From assembly GCA_003228105.1 (NCBI GenBank), contig QGNN01000001.1:6761-70760 (forward strand): a DNA stretch of 64,000 nucleotides, written 5' to 3'. This document shows positions 27,536 through 38,150 of the stretch, one piece after another. Origin of the DNA: Chloroflexota bacterium (GTDB lineage Bacteria > Chloroflexota > Dehalococcoidia > Lucifugimonadales > UBA826). Positions within the stretch are counted from its first letter, which is position 1; each line of letters begins with the position of its first letter. A program made the position numbers and the translations under genes. The notes under the pieces were generated by a model that was not told the origin of the DNA, searched no databases, and saw only the letters and a list, made by a program, of their open reading frames with translations.

Positions 27536-28426
27536 TTAGGGAGATATCACCAGTTCGCTCAAAAGTTTCTTTGTAGACACAATGTGTTTATTTAAGCGCA
27601 TTTTTTCCGGGGAGATACCCAGTGCTAAACCCAATAACTGGGGCAGGTGGATTATAGGTAAATCTATTTCACGTTTTCTTGCGGATGCTGCATTTGGTTG
27701 GTATCCATCCAAATTGAGGTGACATAGAGGGCATGGGGTAACCATGGCATCGGCACCCCGATCTTTGGCATCTATCGTGTGGTTTGCAACCATGTTGACT
27801 GAATTTTCTGGGTTTATAGTCAAAATAGGAAAACCACAGCACAGGGTTTTGCCTGGAAAGTCTACTACTTCCCCACCCACACTTTCGATAACCATTTCCA
27901 ATGCTTGTTTGCGACCAGGGTTTTCAGCGAACCCTAATGCTTTTGTGGGCCTAACGATATAACAACCGTAAAACGGAGCCAGTTTCAACCCGTTAAGTTT
28001 GTTTACTATTTTTGATTCAAGGAAATCTATTCCTAAATCTTCTGCAATTATCCACAACAAATGCTTAGGGTCTGCCGTCCCTTTGTATTCAAGACCTTCT
28101 TCTTTCAAGTCCTCATTAATTGATGCCAAATATTCAGGGTCTGCCAGAAGTCGTTCGTTAGCCTGAGACATAACTCCCTGGCATGTGCTGCATATAGTCA
28201 TCAAAGGATTCCCGGACTTTTCTGCCATAGCAAAGGTTCGAGCATTAAGGGTATCGCCAAGCCTCAGGTTTTTTTCCTGTAAAACCCCTGCACCAGTGCA
28301 AGAAGCACCCTTCAGCGACTCTTCATCTAGCTCAATGTCTAGTATTCTACATACTTCGATTGTGGCGGAATATAATTCTGGGCATGCGCCTCTTGATACG
28401 CATCCTGGATAAAAAGCATATTTCAT
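27536..28426 (-). CDS. HdrB-like CCG-domain subunit of succinate dehydrogenase/fumarate reductase (SdhE type)
   Basis: 296 aa. MKYAFYPGCVS...CTGAG and ...LCCGFP...CPLCHLNL form two cysteine-rich CCG-type domains. It overlaps the sdhB stop by 4 nt. Confidence 0.7.
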   Translation of the reverse strand: MKYAFYPGCVSRGACPELYSATIEVCRILDIELDEESLKGASCTGAGVLQEKNLRLGDTLNARTFAMAEKSGNPLMTICSTCQGVMSQANERLLADPEYLASINEDLKEEGLEYKGTADPKHLLWIIAEDLGIDFLESKIVNKLNGLKLAPFYGCYIVRPTKALGFAENPGRKQALEMVIESVGGEVVDFPGKTLCCGFPILTINPENSVNMVANHTIDAKDRGADAMVTPCPLCHLNLDGYQPNAASARKREIDLPIIHLPQLLGLALGISPEKMRLNKHIVSTKKLLSELVISP

Positions 28427-29379
28427 TTCTTAGTCTCAACCTTTTCAAAGATTCTTCTAACGTTTTCTACTCCCGGAATACTTTTATGGAATATGGGTGG
28501 AACCTTACCGGCGCGTTGAGATCTAATCACTAATGGGATTAGCCCTATCATTGCCTTGATATTAAATATACCGAAACTTTTTATCACCAATTTTTTTTCA
28601 TCAAGCCATCCACTATGCTTGACTGAATTAGTGAATTCATTGGCGTGCCTAGCTCCGTTGGTATTCGTGTATCCTGATTCCATCACCTGTTCACGCAATG
28701 CCATTATTCTATCCATTGGGGCTACCCCTTTCGGACAAACTTCAACGCACTTCATACATCTCGTGCAATCCCACACTCCTCCGGACTCATTAAGAGTCTT
28801 AAACCGTTGTTGGGCTGAATCATCCCTGGGGTCCCCAACGAATCTGTATGATTTAGCGAGTGCTGCCGGGCCCAGAAAATTGGAATCGACTTCCATGACG
28901 GTGCAATCTGAGACACATGCTCCACAAAGTATGCACGATACTACTCCTGCAAGATGGAGCATATCTTCATCAGGGGCTAGATACTCTGTTTCGGGCTCTT
29001 CTCCCTCTGGCTGTAACCATGGTTCCACTGCTCGGATCTTTTCCCAAAACGGCTGGAAATCTACGACCAAGTCTTTTATTACTGGTAAGTTACCAGCAGG
29101 TTCCACAGTTATGGTATTCCCATTCTCAGATAGCGAATCTACGATTTTTGTGTTGCAAGCAAGACCTGCCTCACCATTAACCTTCACCGCACAGGACCCA
29201 CATATTGCACTTCGGCATGAACATCTTAAACTCAATGTTCCGTCAATTTCTTCTCTTATACGAATTAAACCATCTAGAACTGTGGATGAGGCATCCATAT
29301 CCATCTGGTATTCTTGGAAATGGGCTACTGTATCAGTCGATTCAGGATCATATCGCCTAACGTTAAATTTGACTTCCAT
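28423..29379 (-). CDS. sdhB: succinate dehydrogenase/fumarate reductase iron-sulfur subunit
   Basis: 2Fe-2S CSCRSAICGSCAV, 4Fe-4S CILCGACVSDC and 3Fe-4S CTRCMKCVEVCP are present, followed by a C-terminal extension of roughly 70 aa. Confidence 0.85.
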   Translation of the reverse strand: MEVKFNVRRYDPESTDTVAHFQEYQMDMDASSTVLDGLIRIREEIDGTLSLRCSCRSAICGSCAVKVNGEAGLACNTKIVDSLSENGNTITVEPAGNLPVIKDLVVDFQPFWEKIRAVEPWLQPEGEEPETEYLAPDEDMLHLAGVVSCILCGACVSDCTVMEVDSNFLGPAALAKSYRFVGDPRDDSAQQRFKTLNESGGVWDCTRCMKCVEVCPKGVAPMDRIMALREQVMESGYTNTNGARHANEFTNSVKHSGWLDEKKLVIKSFGIFNIKAMIGLIPLVIRSQRAGKVPPIFHKSIPGVENVRRIFEKVETKK

Positions 29380-29400
29380 TAATAAAAATCCTTTTGGTTA

Positions 29401-31098
29401 TTAGTATTGCCTTACCACTGGCTCCCAATCGGTGATAACAACGTCTTTGTAGGATAGGTCATGTCCTCCGTCCTTATTTTGGGAAACCAATATGTGCTTC
29501 AGCCAGTTCTCATCATCCCTATCTGGCAGGTCAGTTCGTGTATGAGCTCCTCTGCTCTCTGTTCGATCTGCCGCACTCACAGCTATTGATTCAGCACATT
29601 CCAGCATGAAACCTAGTTCCAAGGTGAAAAGAAGATTGGTGTTGAAGGTGCTGCCTTTATCGGTTACATACACATCTTCGGCTCTTTTTTTCACTGATTC
29701 AATCTTTTCTATTCCTTCACGCATACTGTTTTCATCTCGGAATACCCCGAAGTGCTCTTTCATAGCGGTTCCCATATCTAAGCGAATTTGTCCAAATGAC
29801 TCATTTTTTCCGTTTGCTAACAATTTTTGAATATTGTTCTTGTCATCGTCAGCCGCTGATTCATCTACATTCAAATGCTGTGTGGATTTGACCATTTCAG
29901 CGGCGTGTACTCCCGACCTCCTGCCAAAAACGAGTGTGTCTAGCAGCGAGTTTGCTCCGAGCCTATTGCCTCCATGTACACTAACACATGCCACCTCGCC
30001 AGCTGCGTACAAACCAGGCACACTAGTTTCACCGTCAACGCTCGCTTTCACTCCTCCCATTTGGTAATGCATCCCGGGCATTATAGGTACTGGTTCCTTA
30101 ACCATGTCTACGTTGGCGAAATCCATTGCCAATTCACGTATCTGGGATAATCGCTCACTTATGTATTTCTCTCCAAGATGCCTCAGGTCAAGAAGAACAC
30201 ACCCATCTAGTCCTCGACCTTCGTTGATTTCGGTCTGTTCACATCTTGAGACAACATCACGGGATGCCAATTCCTTAAATTCTGGTGCGTATTTGAGCAT
30301 AAATCTATCATTTTCAGAATTTAACAAATAGGCACCTTCACCACGAGCAGCCTCACTGATCAAAACCCCGCTACCTTTTAGAGTGGTTGGGTGGTATTGC
30401 ACCATTTCCATATCCATTAATGAAGCCCCCGCCCTGTATCCCAAGCTCATCCCATCACCAGTACATATCATTGCGTTCGTGCTTGGTTCAAATACTCTAC
30501 CCAAGCCTCCGGTTGCCAGGATTACTGCTTTCGCCCGAACAACCTCGATTTTTCCACTACGGATATCCATCATCACCGCCCCTCCACATTTACCGTCCCT
30601 TACAATTAAAGACAGTACAAACCACTCCTCATATACCAAGGCACCGGCTTTCAAAATCTGTTCATACAAAACGTGTAAAAGAGCTTGACCGGTGAAATCT
30701 GCTACAAAAAAAGTTCTTGCCTCTCGTTGGCCACCGAAGGCTCTAGTACCAAGCCTTCCTTCTTCATCCCTATTAAATATGGCGCCCATATGCTCCATAG
30801 CAATGACCTCACTACCTGCCTCTTCACACATCAGAGCAATCGCGTCTTGATCTCCTAAAAAATCACTTCCCTTTATGGTGTCGTAAGCGTGGTCCCGCCA
30901 GTCATCCCCTCTATCTGTTAGAGCGGCATTTATCCCGCCTTGCGCAGCACTAGAATGGCTTCTGACTGGATGCACTTTGGATACCACTGCAACGTCAGCT
31001 CCAAGTTCTTTAGCCGACAAAGCAGCTCTCATACCAGCGAGGCCTGCACCGATTATCAAAATATCGTGGTCAAGCATATTACCTGAATTAACCCCCAC
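29401..31098 (-). CDS. sdhA: succinate dehydrogenase/fumarate reductase flavoprotein subunit
   Basis: 565 aa with IIGAGLAGMRAAL, RSHSSAAQGG, HPTT, RGEGAYLLN and HYQMGG. The start may instead be ATG 31077. Confidence 0.9.
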   Translation of the reverse strand: MGVNSGNMLDHDILIIGAGLAGMRAALSAKELGADVAVVSKVHPVRSHSSAAQGGINAALTDRGDDWRDHAYDTIKGSDFLGDQDAIALMCEEAGSEVIAMEHMGAIFNRDEEGRLGTRAFGGQREARTFFVADFTGQALLHVLYEQILKAGALVYEEWFVLSLIVRDGKCGGAVMMDIRSGKIEVVRAKAVILATGGLGRVFEPSTNAMICTGDGMSLGYRAGASLMDMEMVQYHPTTLKGSGVLISEAARGEGAYLLNSENDRFMLKYAPEFKELASRDVVSRCEQTEINEGRGLDGCVLLDLRHLGEKYISERLSQIRELAMDFANVDMVKEPVPIMPGMHYQMGGVKASVDGETSVPGLYAAGEVACVSVHGGNRLGANSLLDTLVFGRRSGVHAAEMVKSTQHLNVDESAADDDKNNIQKLLANGKNESFGQIRLDMGTAMKEHFGVFRDENSMREGIEKIESVKKRAEDVYVTDKGSTFNTNLLFTLELGFMLECAESIAVSAADRTESRGAHTRTDLPDRDDENWLKHILVSQNKDGGHDLSYKDVVITDWEPVVRQY

Positions 31099-31231
31099 AT
31101 TATTAATAAAGACTTAGAAACAAAAGATAGCATAGGACTCCTTAAGGGACAACAAACTTTCCATATGGATTAAGCTATGGTCTCTCATTTGAAAAGGGAA
31201 TATTAGAGTATCTAAAATGTAAGTTTTTAAT

Positions 31232-31261
31232 TTGACCTCTATGGGTATGAAGTGTTACAAT
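31232..31261 (+). promoter_or_regulatory. promoter of the ilv-leu leader
   Basis: TTGACC (31232-31237), an 18-nt spacer ending in TGt, then TACAAT (31256-31261). Confidence 0.5.
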
Positions 31262-31290
31262 GCCACGTCTTGGAAAAAGGTAAATAGATT

Positions 31291-31612
31291 TGCTGTGACG
31301 GGGAGTAGTAACAGAAGGGTTGTGCGAATAGAGAGTCAGATATTTTGCTGGAAGTCTGATGCACAAAGACTGCGAACTCGCCCCCGAGCATCTGTCCTGA
31401 ACATTAGGAGTCAATAATGCAGTTAGTGATGGAAAAACTCAACACTTTTGCATGTTATATTGTGACCTTCTGACATAAAGTAAGGACAGGCGATAGCTAC
31501 GTTATAGCTCAACGAGTGGTTCTGATGAAGTGTTTCACAGGACAATTTGGGTGGTACCACGGGAGTGGTTTTTGTTATCCCGTCCCAGTTTAAGGGCGGG
31601 ATTTTTTTTTGA
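31291..31612 (+). promoter_or_regulatory. T-box riboswitch leader, Leu specifier (CUC)
   Basis: Stem I (31291-31390) contains a GA/K-turn base (UGUGACGGGG...CCCCCGAGCA), AGUAGUAA opposite GAA-CUC-G (CUC at 31377-31379), an AGAGAG bulge, the distal helix UCAGAU/GUCUGA and the loop AUUUUGCUGGAA. The T-box sequence AAUUUGGGUGGUACCACGG lies at 31544-31562, followed by the terminator. Confidence 0.8.
31577..31610 (+). terminator. T-box-controlled intrinsic terminator
   Basis: ATCCCG(t)CCC pairs with GGGCGGGAT across a 7-nt loop and is followed by a T9 run. It lies 70 nt upstream of ilvB. Confidence 0.75.
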
Positions 31613-31682
31613 GACCCCAGCCCTTTTAATCGCAATTAAGAATTTGCTAATTATTTATATGTAGGTTAATTAAGGAAGTTGA

Positions 31683-33377
31683 ATGATAAAGAAAGGGTCA
31701 CAGATTGTCTGTGAAAGTTTGCTCAGAGAAGGGTGTAACGTTGTTTTCGGAATACCCGGTGGGGCAATTTTGCCTTTATACCAGGCATTACCAGAATATC
31801 CTAAACTCCGCCATATTTTGACGCGACACGAACAAGGCGCTTCTCTAGCAGCTGATGGATACGCTAGGGTCACAGGTAAGCCCGGAGTGGCTTTTGCAAC
31901 ATCGGGTCCAGGGGCTACAAACCTTGTGACAGGAATAGCTTCAGCCCAAATGGATTCCGTACCACTTGTGATTGTAACTGGACAAGTTAATAGCTGGGCT
32001 ATAGGGTCAGATGCCTTTCAGGAAACTGATATCACAGGGATAACCTTGCCTATCACAAAACATAACCTTTTAGTCATGGATGCCTCAGAGATAGCGACTT
32101 CAATCAAAGAAGCATTTTATATAGCAAACTCGGGCAGACCAGGCCCAGTATTAGTAGACATACCTCGGGACGTTTTTGTGCAGGAAGTTGAATATGAGGA
32201 ACCAGGAGAGTTGAATTTACCCGGGTATAGTCCCAATTTCTCCGGGCATTCTGGTCAGATACGAAAGGCTGCTAATTTGATTAATGAATCAGAAAAGCCC
32301 GTTATTGTTGCGGGGCACGGAGTAATAATATCAAAGGCATATGATGAGTTAAAAGCATTGGCTGAAAAGGCTCAGATACCAGTCATTACTACCTTGCTAG
32401 GTATTAGCTGTTTTCCAGAGGACCATGTCTTATGGACTGGCTGGCCGGGCATGCACGGAATGGCATATTCTAGTCTCGCAATCGAGGAAGCGGATCTAAT
32501 TATTGCACTGGGTATGCGCTTTGATGATCGAATAACTGGCAACCCATCTAAGTTTGCTTTGAATTCGAAAAAGATACATATAGATGTTGATCCTTCAGAA
32601 ATCGGAAAAAACATTGCCGTCGATGTGCCTATAGTGGGAGATGTTAAAGAAGTTCTAAACCGAATGAATAATCATGTTGTAAATGCGACCCACCCTACAT
32701 GGTTGAAAAGAATAGATGTCTTGAAGGAGGATCATCCATCTTTGCAGATACCTGAGACCTCTAAATTATTGGCCCGACAGGTAGTCAAAGACATTTCTGA
32801 CGAAACCAGAGGGGGTGCCACGATAGTGACCGGTGTTGGCCAACATCAGATGTGGGCTGCACAGCATTACCGTTTCAAAAAACCTGGTACATTTCTTACT
32901 TCGGGCGGTTTAGGAACGATGGGGTATGAAGTACCTGCCGCCATGGGAGCACAGGTGGCTGACCCTGATTCAACCGTTTGGTCTATTGCCGGTGATGGAG
33001 GCTTTCAAATGACACTTTGCGAATTAGCAACCATTGCCGAAAACAGGCTGCCAGTTAAATTCGCAATACTGAATAATGGATTTTTAGGCATGGTTAGGCA
33101 ATGGCAAGAGATATTTTTCGATAGTTCATATGTTTCAACCGCCTACACGGGCAACCCTGACTTTGTTCGTTTGGCTGAGGCATATGGCATAAAAGGCATC
33201 AGGGTTACGGATAAAACACAGGTAAAAACAGCAATTGCTGAGGCGATGGATCACGATGGCCCTGTATTGGTTGATTTCATAGTGGAACAAGAGGAAAACG
33301 TATATCCCATGATTCCATCAGGCATGACGGTCTTTGACATGATAGAGGAGCCGGTATCGGAGAAGGTAACAACTTGA
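31683..33377 (+). CDS. ilvB: acetolactate synthase large subunit
   Basis: 564 aa ThDP enzyme with GGLGTMGYEVPAAMGA and IAGDGGFQM. RBS AAGGAAG. Confidence 0.9.
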   Translation: MIKKGSQIVCESLLREGCNVVFGIPGGAILPLYQALPEYPKLRHILTRHEQGASLAADGYARVTGKPGVAFATSGPGATNLVTGIASAQMDSVPLVIVTGQVNSWAIGSDAFQETDITGITLPITKHNLLVMDASEIATSIKEAFYIANSGRPGPVLVDIPRDVFVQEVEYEEPGELNLPGYSPNFSGHSGQIRKAANLINESEKPVIVAGHGVIISKAYDELKALAEKAQIPVITTLLGISCFPEDHVLWTGWPGMHGMAYSSLAIEEADLIIALGMRFDDRITGNPSKFALNSKKIHIDVDPSEIGKNIAVDVPIVGDVKEVLNRMNNHVVNATHPTWLKRIDVLKEDHPSLQIPETSKLLARQVVKDISDETRGGATIVTGVGQHQMWAAQHYRFKKPGTFLTSGGLGTMGYEVPAAMGAQVADPDSTVWSIAGDGGFQMTLCELATIAENRLPVKFAILNNGFLGMVRQWQEIFFDSSYVSTAYTGNPDFVRLAEAYGIKGIRVTDKTQVKTAIAEAMDHDGPVLVDFIVEQEENVYPMIPSGMTVFDMIEEPVSEKVTT

Positions 33378-33916
33378 AATCATCAGAAAAACACACAATA
33401 ACAGCATTGGTTGAAGATCGTGCGGGTGTCTTAAACCGCATATCTAGTATGTTCAGGAGACGTGGTTACAACATATCAAGCTTGGCTGTCGGTAAGAGTG
33501 AATCTGCTGGCTTATCTAGAATGACGTTTGTAGTTGATGGGGATGCTAAGACAGTTGAAATGGTTGTTAAGAACCTGCACAAGTTAGTTGAAGTCATTAA
33601 AGTATCCGATATATCTGAAGGAAACGCGGTGTCGCGGGAGCTAGCCTTGATAAGGGTTAAATGCGATGTAACGAGTCGTAGTGAAATAATGCAGATTGTC
33701 GATATATTTAGGGCTAAGATAGTAGACGTCTCGCAGGATACCTTGATCATTGAAGTAACGGGTAATGAGGATAAAGTTAATTCACTCGTGGATTTACTGG
33801 GTAGTTTTGGGGTTTTTGAGGTAATGAGAACTGGCACAGTGGCCATGAGTAGAAGGACGTCCTTTGAGCAAGATAAGCCTGTGAGCAGTCCAACAGTTTT
33901 GGAGAATGCATCTTAA
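33374..33916 (+). CDS. ilvN: acetolactate synthase small (regulatory) subunit
   Basis: 180 aa, ACT domain [29 protein letters not shown]. The TTG start overlaps the ilvB stop. Confidence 0.85.
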   Translation: MKSSEKHTITALVEDRAGVLNRISSMFRRRGYNISSLAVGKSESAGLSRMTFVVDGDAKTVEMVVKNLHKLVEVIKVSDISEGNAVSRELALIRVKCDVTSRSEIMQIVDIFRAKIVDVSQDTLIIEVTGNEDKVNSLVDLLGSFGVFEVMRTGTVAMSRRTSFEQDKPVSSPTVLENAS

Positions 33917-33945
33917 ATAGAAAATTTTGTACAAGGAGAATTTAT

Positions 33946-34944
33946 ATGGCGAAAATGTATTACGAATCGGATGCAGACATGAGTCTGTTAGAGGGCAAGA
34001 CTGTAGGTATTATTGGGTACGGTAGCCAAGGTCACGCTCATGCGTTAAACCTGAAGGATTCTGGGGTAGATGTATGTGTAGGATTGTACGAAGGTAGTAA
34101 GAGTTGGCCTATAGCAGAATCGGAAGGCCTAAAGGTGGCCACAGTTTCAGAAGCGGCTGCCCTGTCAGACGTTATTATGGTACTGGTTCCTGATCATCTT
34201 CAGGCTTCAGTTTACAATGAATCCATATTACCGCACCTTTTGCCAGGGAAGACTTTAATGTTCGCCCATGGGTTTAATATACATTTTGACGCGATAAATC
34301 CACCTGAAAATGTCGACGTATCCATGGTCGCGCCCAAAGCACCTGGACATAGGATGAGGGAAGTTTATACGAAAGACTCTGGGGTGCCCGGGTTACTTGC
34401 AATCCACCAAGATTCAACTGGAGGTGCTCATGCATTGGGCCTGGCTTACGCAAGAGGTGTAGGTTGTACTAGGGCTGGGGTGCTGGATACTACGTTTAAA
34501 GAAGAGACAGAGACAGATCTTTTTGGTGAGCAGGCTGTTTTATGTGGGGGAGTTGCGGCCTTGGTAAAGGCTGCATTTGAGACTTTGGTAGAGGCAGGGT
34601 ACCAACCAGAATCAGCTTATTTTGAATGTATGCACGAGTTGAAACTTATAGTGGATTTGTTCTATCAAGGCGGTATGGAATACATGAGATACTCTGTGAG
34701 TGATACGGCTGAATATGGAGATTACACTAGAGGACCCGTAGTAGTAGATGAAAATGTGAAAAAAAATATGCGAAAGGTACTGGACCAAATCCAAGATGGT
34801 ACATTTGCGAAAGAATGGATCACGGAAAACGATGAGGGCAGGCCAACATTCAATAGGTTGCGGGAGGAAAATGCCGGTCATCAAATAGAAGAAGTGGGTA
34901 AAGAGCTTAGGGGTATGATGTCCTTTCTCTCTGATCCAGATTAG
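33946..34944 (+). CDS. ilvC: ketol-acid reductoisomerase
   Basis: 332 aa with [17 protein letters not shown] and [11 protein letters not shown]. Confidence 0.95.
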   Translation: MAKMYYESDADMSLLEGKTVGIIGYGSQGHAHALNLKDSGVDVCVGLYEGSKSWPIAESEGLKVATVSEAAALSDVIMVLVPDHLQASVYNESILPHLLPGKTLMFAHGFNIHFDAINPPENVDVSMVAPKAPGHRMREVYTKDSGVPGLLAIHQDSTGGAHALGLAYARGVGCTRAGVLDTTFKEETETDLFGEQAVLCGGVAALVKAAFETLVEAGYQPESAYFECMHELKLIVDLFYQGGMEYMRYSVSDTAEYGDYTRGPVVVDENVKKNMRKVLDQIQDGTFAKEWITENDEGRPTFNRLREENAGHQIEEVGKELRGMMSFLSDPD

Positions 34945-35128
34945 GACTGGTTCCATATATGAATAATATGAAATGTAAGTCAATAGACGAGGTATCCTAC
35001 GTAGTTCGCCATGTTGATTTGGTCTTGGTAAGGCTGAATCAGGCGGACTACGGAATCCTGCGAATTTGCAATGGCAATTAATGCAGATGAATCTTTAGTA
35101 ATTCTAGACTAATAAAAAGGAGACCAAA

Positions 35129-36661
35129 ATGTCCCAAGAGAAAGTCACAATTTTTGATACTACCCTTAGAGACGGGGAGCAGTCAGCGGGAATAGGGCTT
35201 ACTACCCAAGAGAAGTTAGAAATCGCGAAACAATTGGAGAGATTAGGAGTTGATGTCATAGAGGCCGGATTCGCCGCGGCATCGCCTGGAGACCTACAGG
35301 CGGTTCAAAAAATCGCCGCAGAGATTAGAACTCCAAAAATAGCTTCTCTTGCAAGGTGTTACATAGACGACGTGGATAAGGCTTGGGAAGGGGTTAAAGG
35401 AGCAGCCAGACCTCGTATTCATGTTTTTATTAGCAGTTCTGACATACAAATAATGAATCAATTGCGCAAGAATCCAGAGGAAGTACTCGATATTGCTGTG
35501 GCCTCGGTTGAGAGGGCGAAAACATATTGTGATGACGTAGAATTTTCTCCCATGGATGCGACTCGGACTGATCCTGAATATTTGTATCAAATGCTGGAAG
35601 CGGTCATACATGCTGGTGCCACCACAGTCAATATAGCGGATACCGTCGGGTACATTATCCCGTCAGAATTTGGAGAAAGAATCGAAGATATCAAAAGAAA
35701 TGTACCCAACATAGATAAAGCCACATTGAGTGTTCACTGCCACAATGACCTTGGTCTTTCTGTAGCTAATAGTTTGGCTGCAGTGAAAGCGGGGGTCAGA
35801 CAGGTCGAAGGGTGCATCAATGGACTTGGCGAACGGGCAGGAAATGCATCGCTTGAAGAGATTATTATGGCTATTGAAACGAGAAACGATTTTTTTGATG
35901 TCTCAACTAATATAGATACCACTCAGATATACAGGACGAGTAGATTGGTGAGTGACATCACGGGCTTCCCAGTACAACCAAACAAGGCGATAGTGGGAGC
36001 TAATGCATTCCGACACGCCTCCGGTATTCATCAGGACGGTGTTTTGAAGGATAGCAGCACCTTCGAAATTATGGATCCTAAATCCATAGGATGGCCAAGC
36101 AACTCATTTGTCTTAGGGAAACTAAGTGGCCGGGCTGGTCTGAGGGCTAGATTAGAAGAACTTGGATTCCGTTTGGAGCAGGTGGAACTCAACGAAGTTT
36201 TTGAATCATTTAAGGAGTTAGCAGACCGTAAGAGAGAGGTCACAGATCAAGACCTTGAGACTCTACTATCAACCAACCGTAGAACTGCGGATATTCCAAC
36301 CGTATATGATCTTGAGCATGTTCAAGTATCTACCGGTGATCATGGCGTACCGACAGCAACAGTGAAAATCAGGAACCCAGAAGGGGAGCAAATTACAGAC
36401 GCAGCTACTGGTACAGGGCCTGTTGACGCGGTGTATATGGCTATAAATCGAGTAATAGGGATAGAGAATAGGCTCACTGAATTTAGAGTTGATTCAGTTA
36501 CGGAAGGAATAGATGCTATCGGAGATGTGACAATCAGAATAGAACTCCAAGGTGATGCCTTTGTAGGCAGAGGTAGCGACACAGACATTATAGTCGCAAG
36601 TGCTAAAGCTTACATGAACGCTCTAAACCGGTCTCTGGCGGTTAATCCCAACGCGGGATAA
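35129..36661 (+). CDS. leuA: 2-isopropylmalate synthase
   Basis: 510 aa with [12 protein letters not shown] and HCHNDLGL plus the C-terminal LeuA dimerisation/regulatory domain. Confidence 0.9.
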   Translation: MSQEKVTIFDTTLRDGEQSAGIGLTTQEKLEIAKQLERLGVDVIEAGFAAASPGDLQAVQKIAAEIRTPKIASLARCYIDDVDKAWEGVKGAARPRIHVFISSSDIQIMNQLRKNPEEVLDIAVASVERAKTYCDDVEFSPMDATRTDPEYLYQMLEAVIHAGATTVNIADTVGYIIPSEFGERIEDIKRNVPNIDKATLSVHCHNDLGLSVANSLAAVKAGVRQVEGCINGLGERAGNASLEEIIMAIETRNDFFDVSTNIDTTQIYRTSRLVSDITGFPVQPNKAIVGANAFRHASGIHQDGVLKDSSTFEIMDPKSIGWPSNSFVLGKLSGRAGLRARLEELGFRLEQVELNEVFESFKELADRKREVTDQDLETLLSTNRRTADIPTVYDLEHVQVSTGDHGVPTATVKIRNPEGEQITDAATGTGPVDAVYMAINRVIGIENRLTEFRVDSVTEGIDAIGDVTIRIELQGDAFVGRGSDTDIIVASAKAYMNALNRSLAVNPNAG

Positions 36662-36725
36662 TTCAAAAACTATTGTTTTTATCCTAAGAAAAATCAAATT
36701 CCTAGAACCCAAAACGGAGTGTTAA

Positions 36726-38126
36726 ATGGTAGCTAAAACCATGTTTGATAAGATATGGGAGGCTCATCTGGTTAAGGAAGCAGAAGGTCAACCCTCACTT
36801 TTATATATAGACCTTCATCTTGTTCACGAAGTTACTTCGCCTCAAGCTTTTGAAGGGCTCAGAATGGCTGAGAGACCTGTAAGGCGTCCAGATTTGACGC
36901 TCGCGGTGGCTGACCACAACACCCCGACGTGGGACCTTTCCCTTCCGATAACAGACCCTATCGCTAAGCAGCAATTGGATGTTCTGACTCAAAACTGTGA
37001 GGAATTTGGAGTGACTCTTCACGATAGATTTAGCCCTTTGCAGGGCATTGTTCATGTTATAGGGCCAGAGCAAGGGCATACTCAACCCGGCAAGACAATC
37101 GTGTGTGGTGACAGCCACACTTCTACACATGGTGCTTTCGGAGCATTTGCTATAGGAATAGGAACATCCGAAGTTGAACACGTGTTGGCTACTCAGACAC
37201 TTAGGCAATTCAAACCGAAAACCATGGAGGTGAGAGTCGAAGGACCTTTGCCATCAGGAGTTTCTGCAAAGGATGTTGTGTTAAGCATAATTGGTGAAAT
37301 TGGCACAGCAGGAGCGACCGGTCATGTAATCGAATATACAGGAGAAGGGATAACCTCTCTGTCGATGGAAGGCCGAATGACTGTGTGCAATATGAGCATC
37401 GAAGCTGGTGCAAGGGCCGGCATGGTAGCACCTGATCAAGTCACATTCGATTATATGAGAGGAAGGGATAATGTCCCACAAGCTGAAGATTTTAAAAAGG
37501 CAGTAAGTGAGTGGAGAAAACTTTCCACTGATGACGACGCAGAATATGACGAGGTGGTCATTATTAAGTCTGAGGATCTAGAGCCTCATGTCAGTTGGGG
37601 TACCAACCCGGGAATGGTAGCTTCGATATCATCCCGAATACCAAGTCCCGATGACTATTCTGATGAAGGAGAAAGAGAGTCTGTTGAAAGAGCCTTAACT
37701 TACATGGACCTGGAACCCGGGACTAGAATACAAGATATACCTGTAGATCGTATTTTTATCGGTTCCTGTACCAATTCAAGAATAGAAGACTTGCGGGCGG
37801 CTGCGCGAGTAGCCGAAGGGAAAAAAGTTAGTGATGCTGTCTATGCTATGGTCGTGCCTGGTTCTAATGCCATAAAACGCCAAGCAGAAGATGAGGGACT
37901 CGACAAAATATTCATAGGAGCTGGGTTTGATTGGAGAGAGGCGGGTTGCTCTATGTGTCTGGGTATGAACCCTGACATATTACAGCCGGGAGAAAGATGC
38001 GCTTCCACTTCAAACAGAAACTTTGAAGGAAGACAGGGCAGGGGAGGCAGAACTCATTTGGTTAGCCCAGAAATGGCGGCAGCAGCAGCGATAGCAGGGC
38101 ATTTCGTTGATATACGTGAATGGTAA
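36726..38126 (+). CDS. leuC: 3-isopropylmalate dehydratase large subunit
   Basis: 466 aa aconitase-family protein with [21 protein letters not shown] and CSMCLGMN. Confidence 0.95.
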   Translation: MVAKTMFDKIWEAHLVKEAEGQPSLLYIDLHLVHEVTSPQAFEGLRMAERPVRRPDLTLAVADHNTPTWDLSLPITDPIAKQQLDVLTQNCEEFGVTLHDRFSPLQGIVHVIGPEQGHTQPGKTIVCGDSHTSTHGAFGAFAIGIGTSEVEHVLATQTLRQFKPKTMEVRVEGPLPSGVSAKDVVLSIIGEIGTAGATGHVIEYTGEGITSLSMEGRMTVCNMSIEAGARAGMVAPDQVTFDYMRGRDNVPQAEDFKKAVSEWRKLSTDDDAEYDEVVIIKSEDLEPHVSWGTNPGMVASISSRIPSPDDYSDEGERESVERALTYMDLEPGTRIQDIPVDRIFIGSCTNSRIEDLRAAARVAEGKKVSDAVYAMVVPGSNAIKRQAEDEGLDKIFIGAGFDWREAGCSMCLGMNPDILQPGERCASTSNRNFEGRQGRGGRTHLVSPEMAAAAAIAGHFVDIREW

Positions 38127-38150
38127 ATAAAAGAACAAGGAAGAACTAAA

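Noticed and set aside
28556-29404. 282-aa ORF on the plus strand
   Set aside because: It is entirely antisense to sdhB, whose Fe-S motifs are unambiguous. The product is low-complexity and S/P/T-rich with no recognisable motif or RBS. This is a typical shadow ORF.
31175-31635. Short ORFs (61-79 aa) on both strands in the sdhA-ilvB gap
   Set aside because: The region is fully explained by a promoter, a T-box leader and a terminator. The ORFs lack an RBS and cut across the conserved RNA elements.
33466-33846. 126-aa minus-strand ORF; similar antisense ORFs at 34612-34983, 35294-35611 and 36801-37208
   Set aside because: All are antisense to well-supported ilvN, ilvC, leuA and leuC coding regions and have no motifs.
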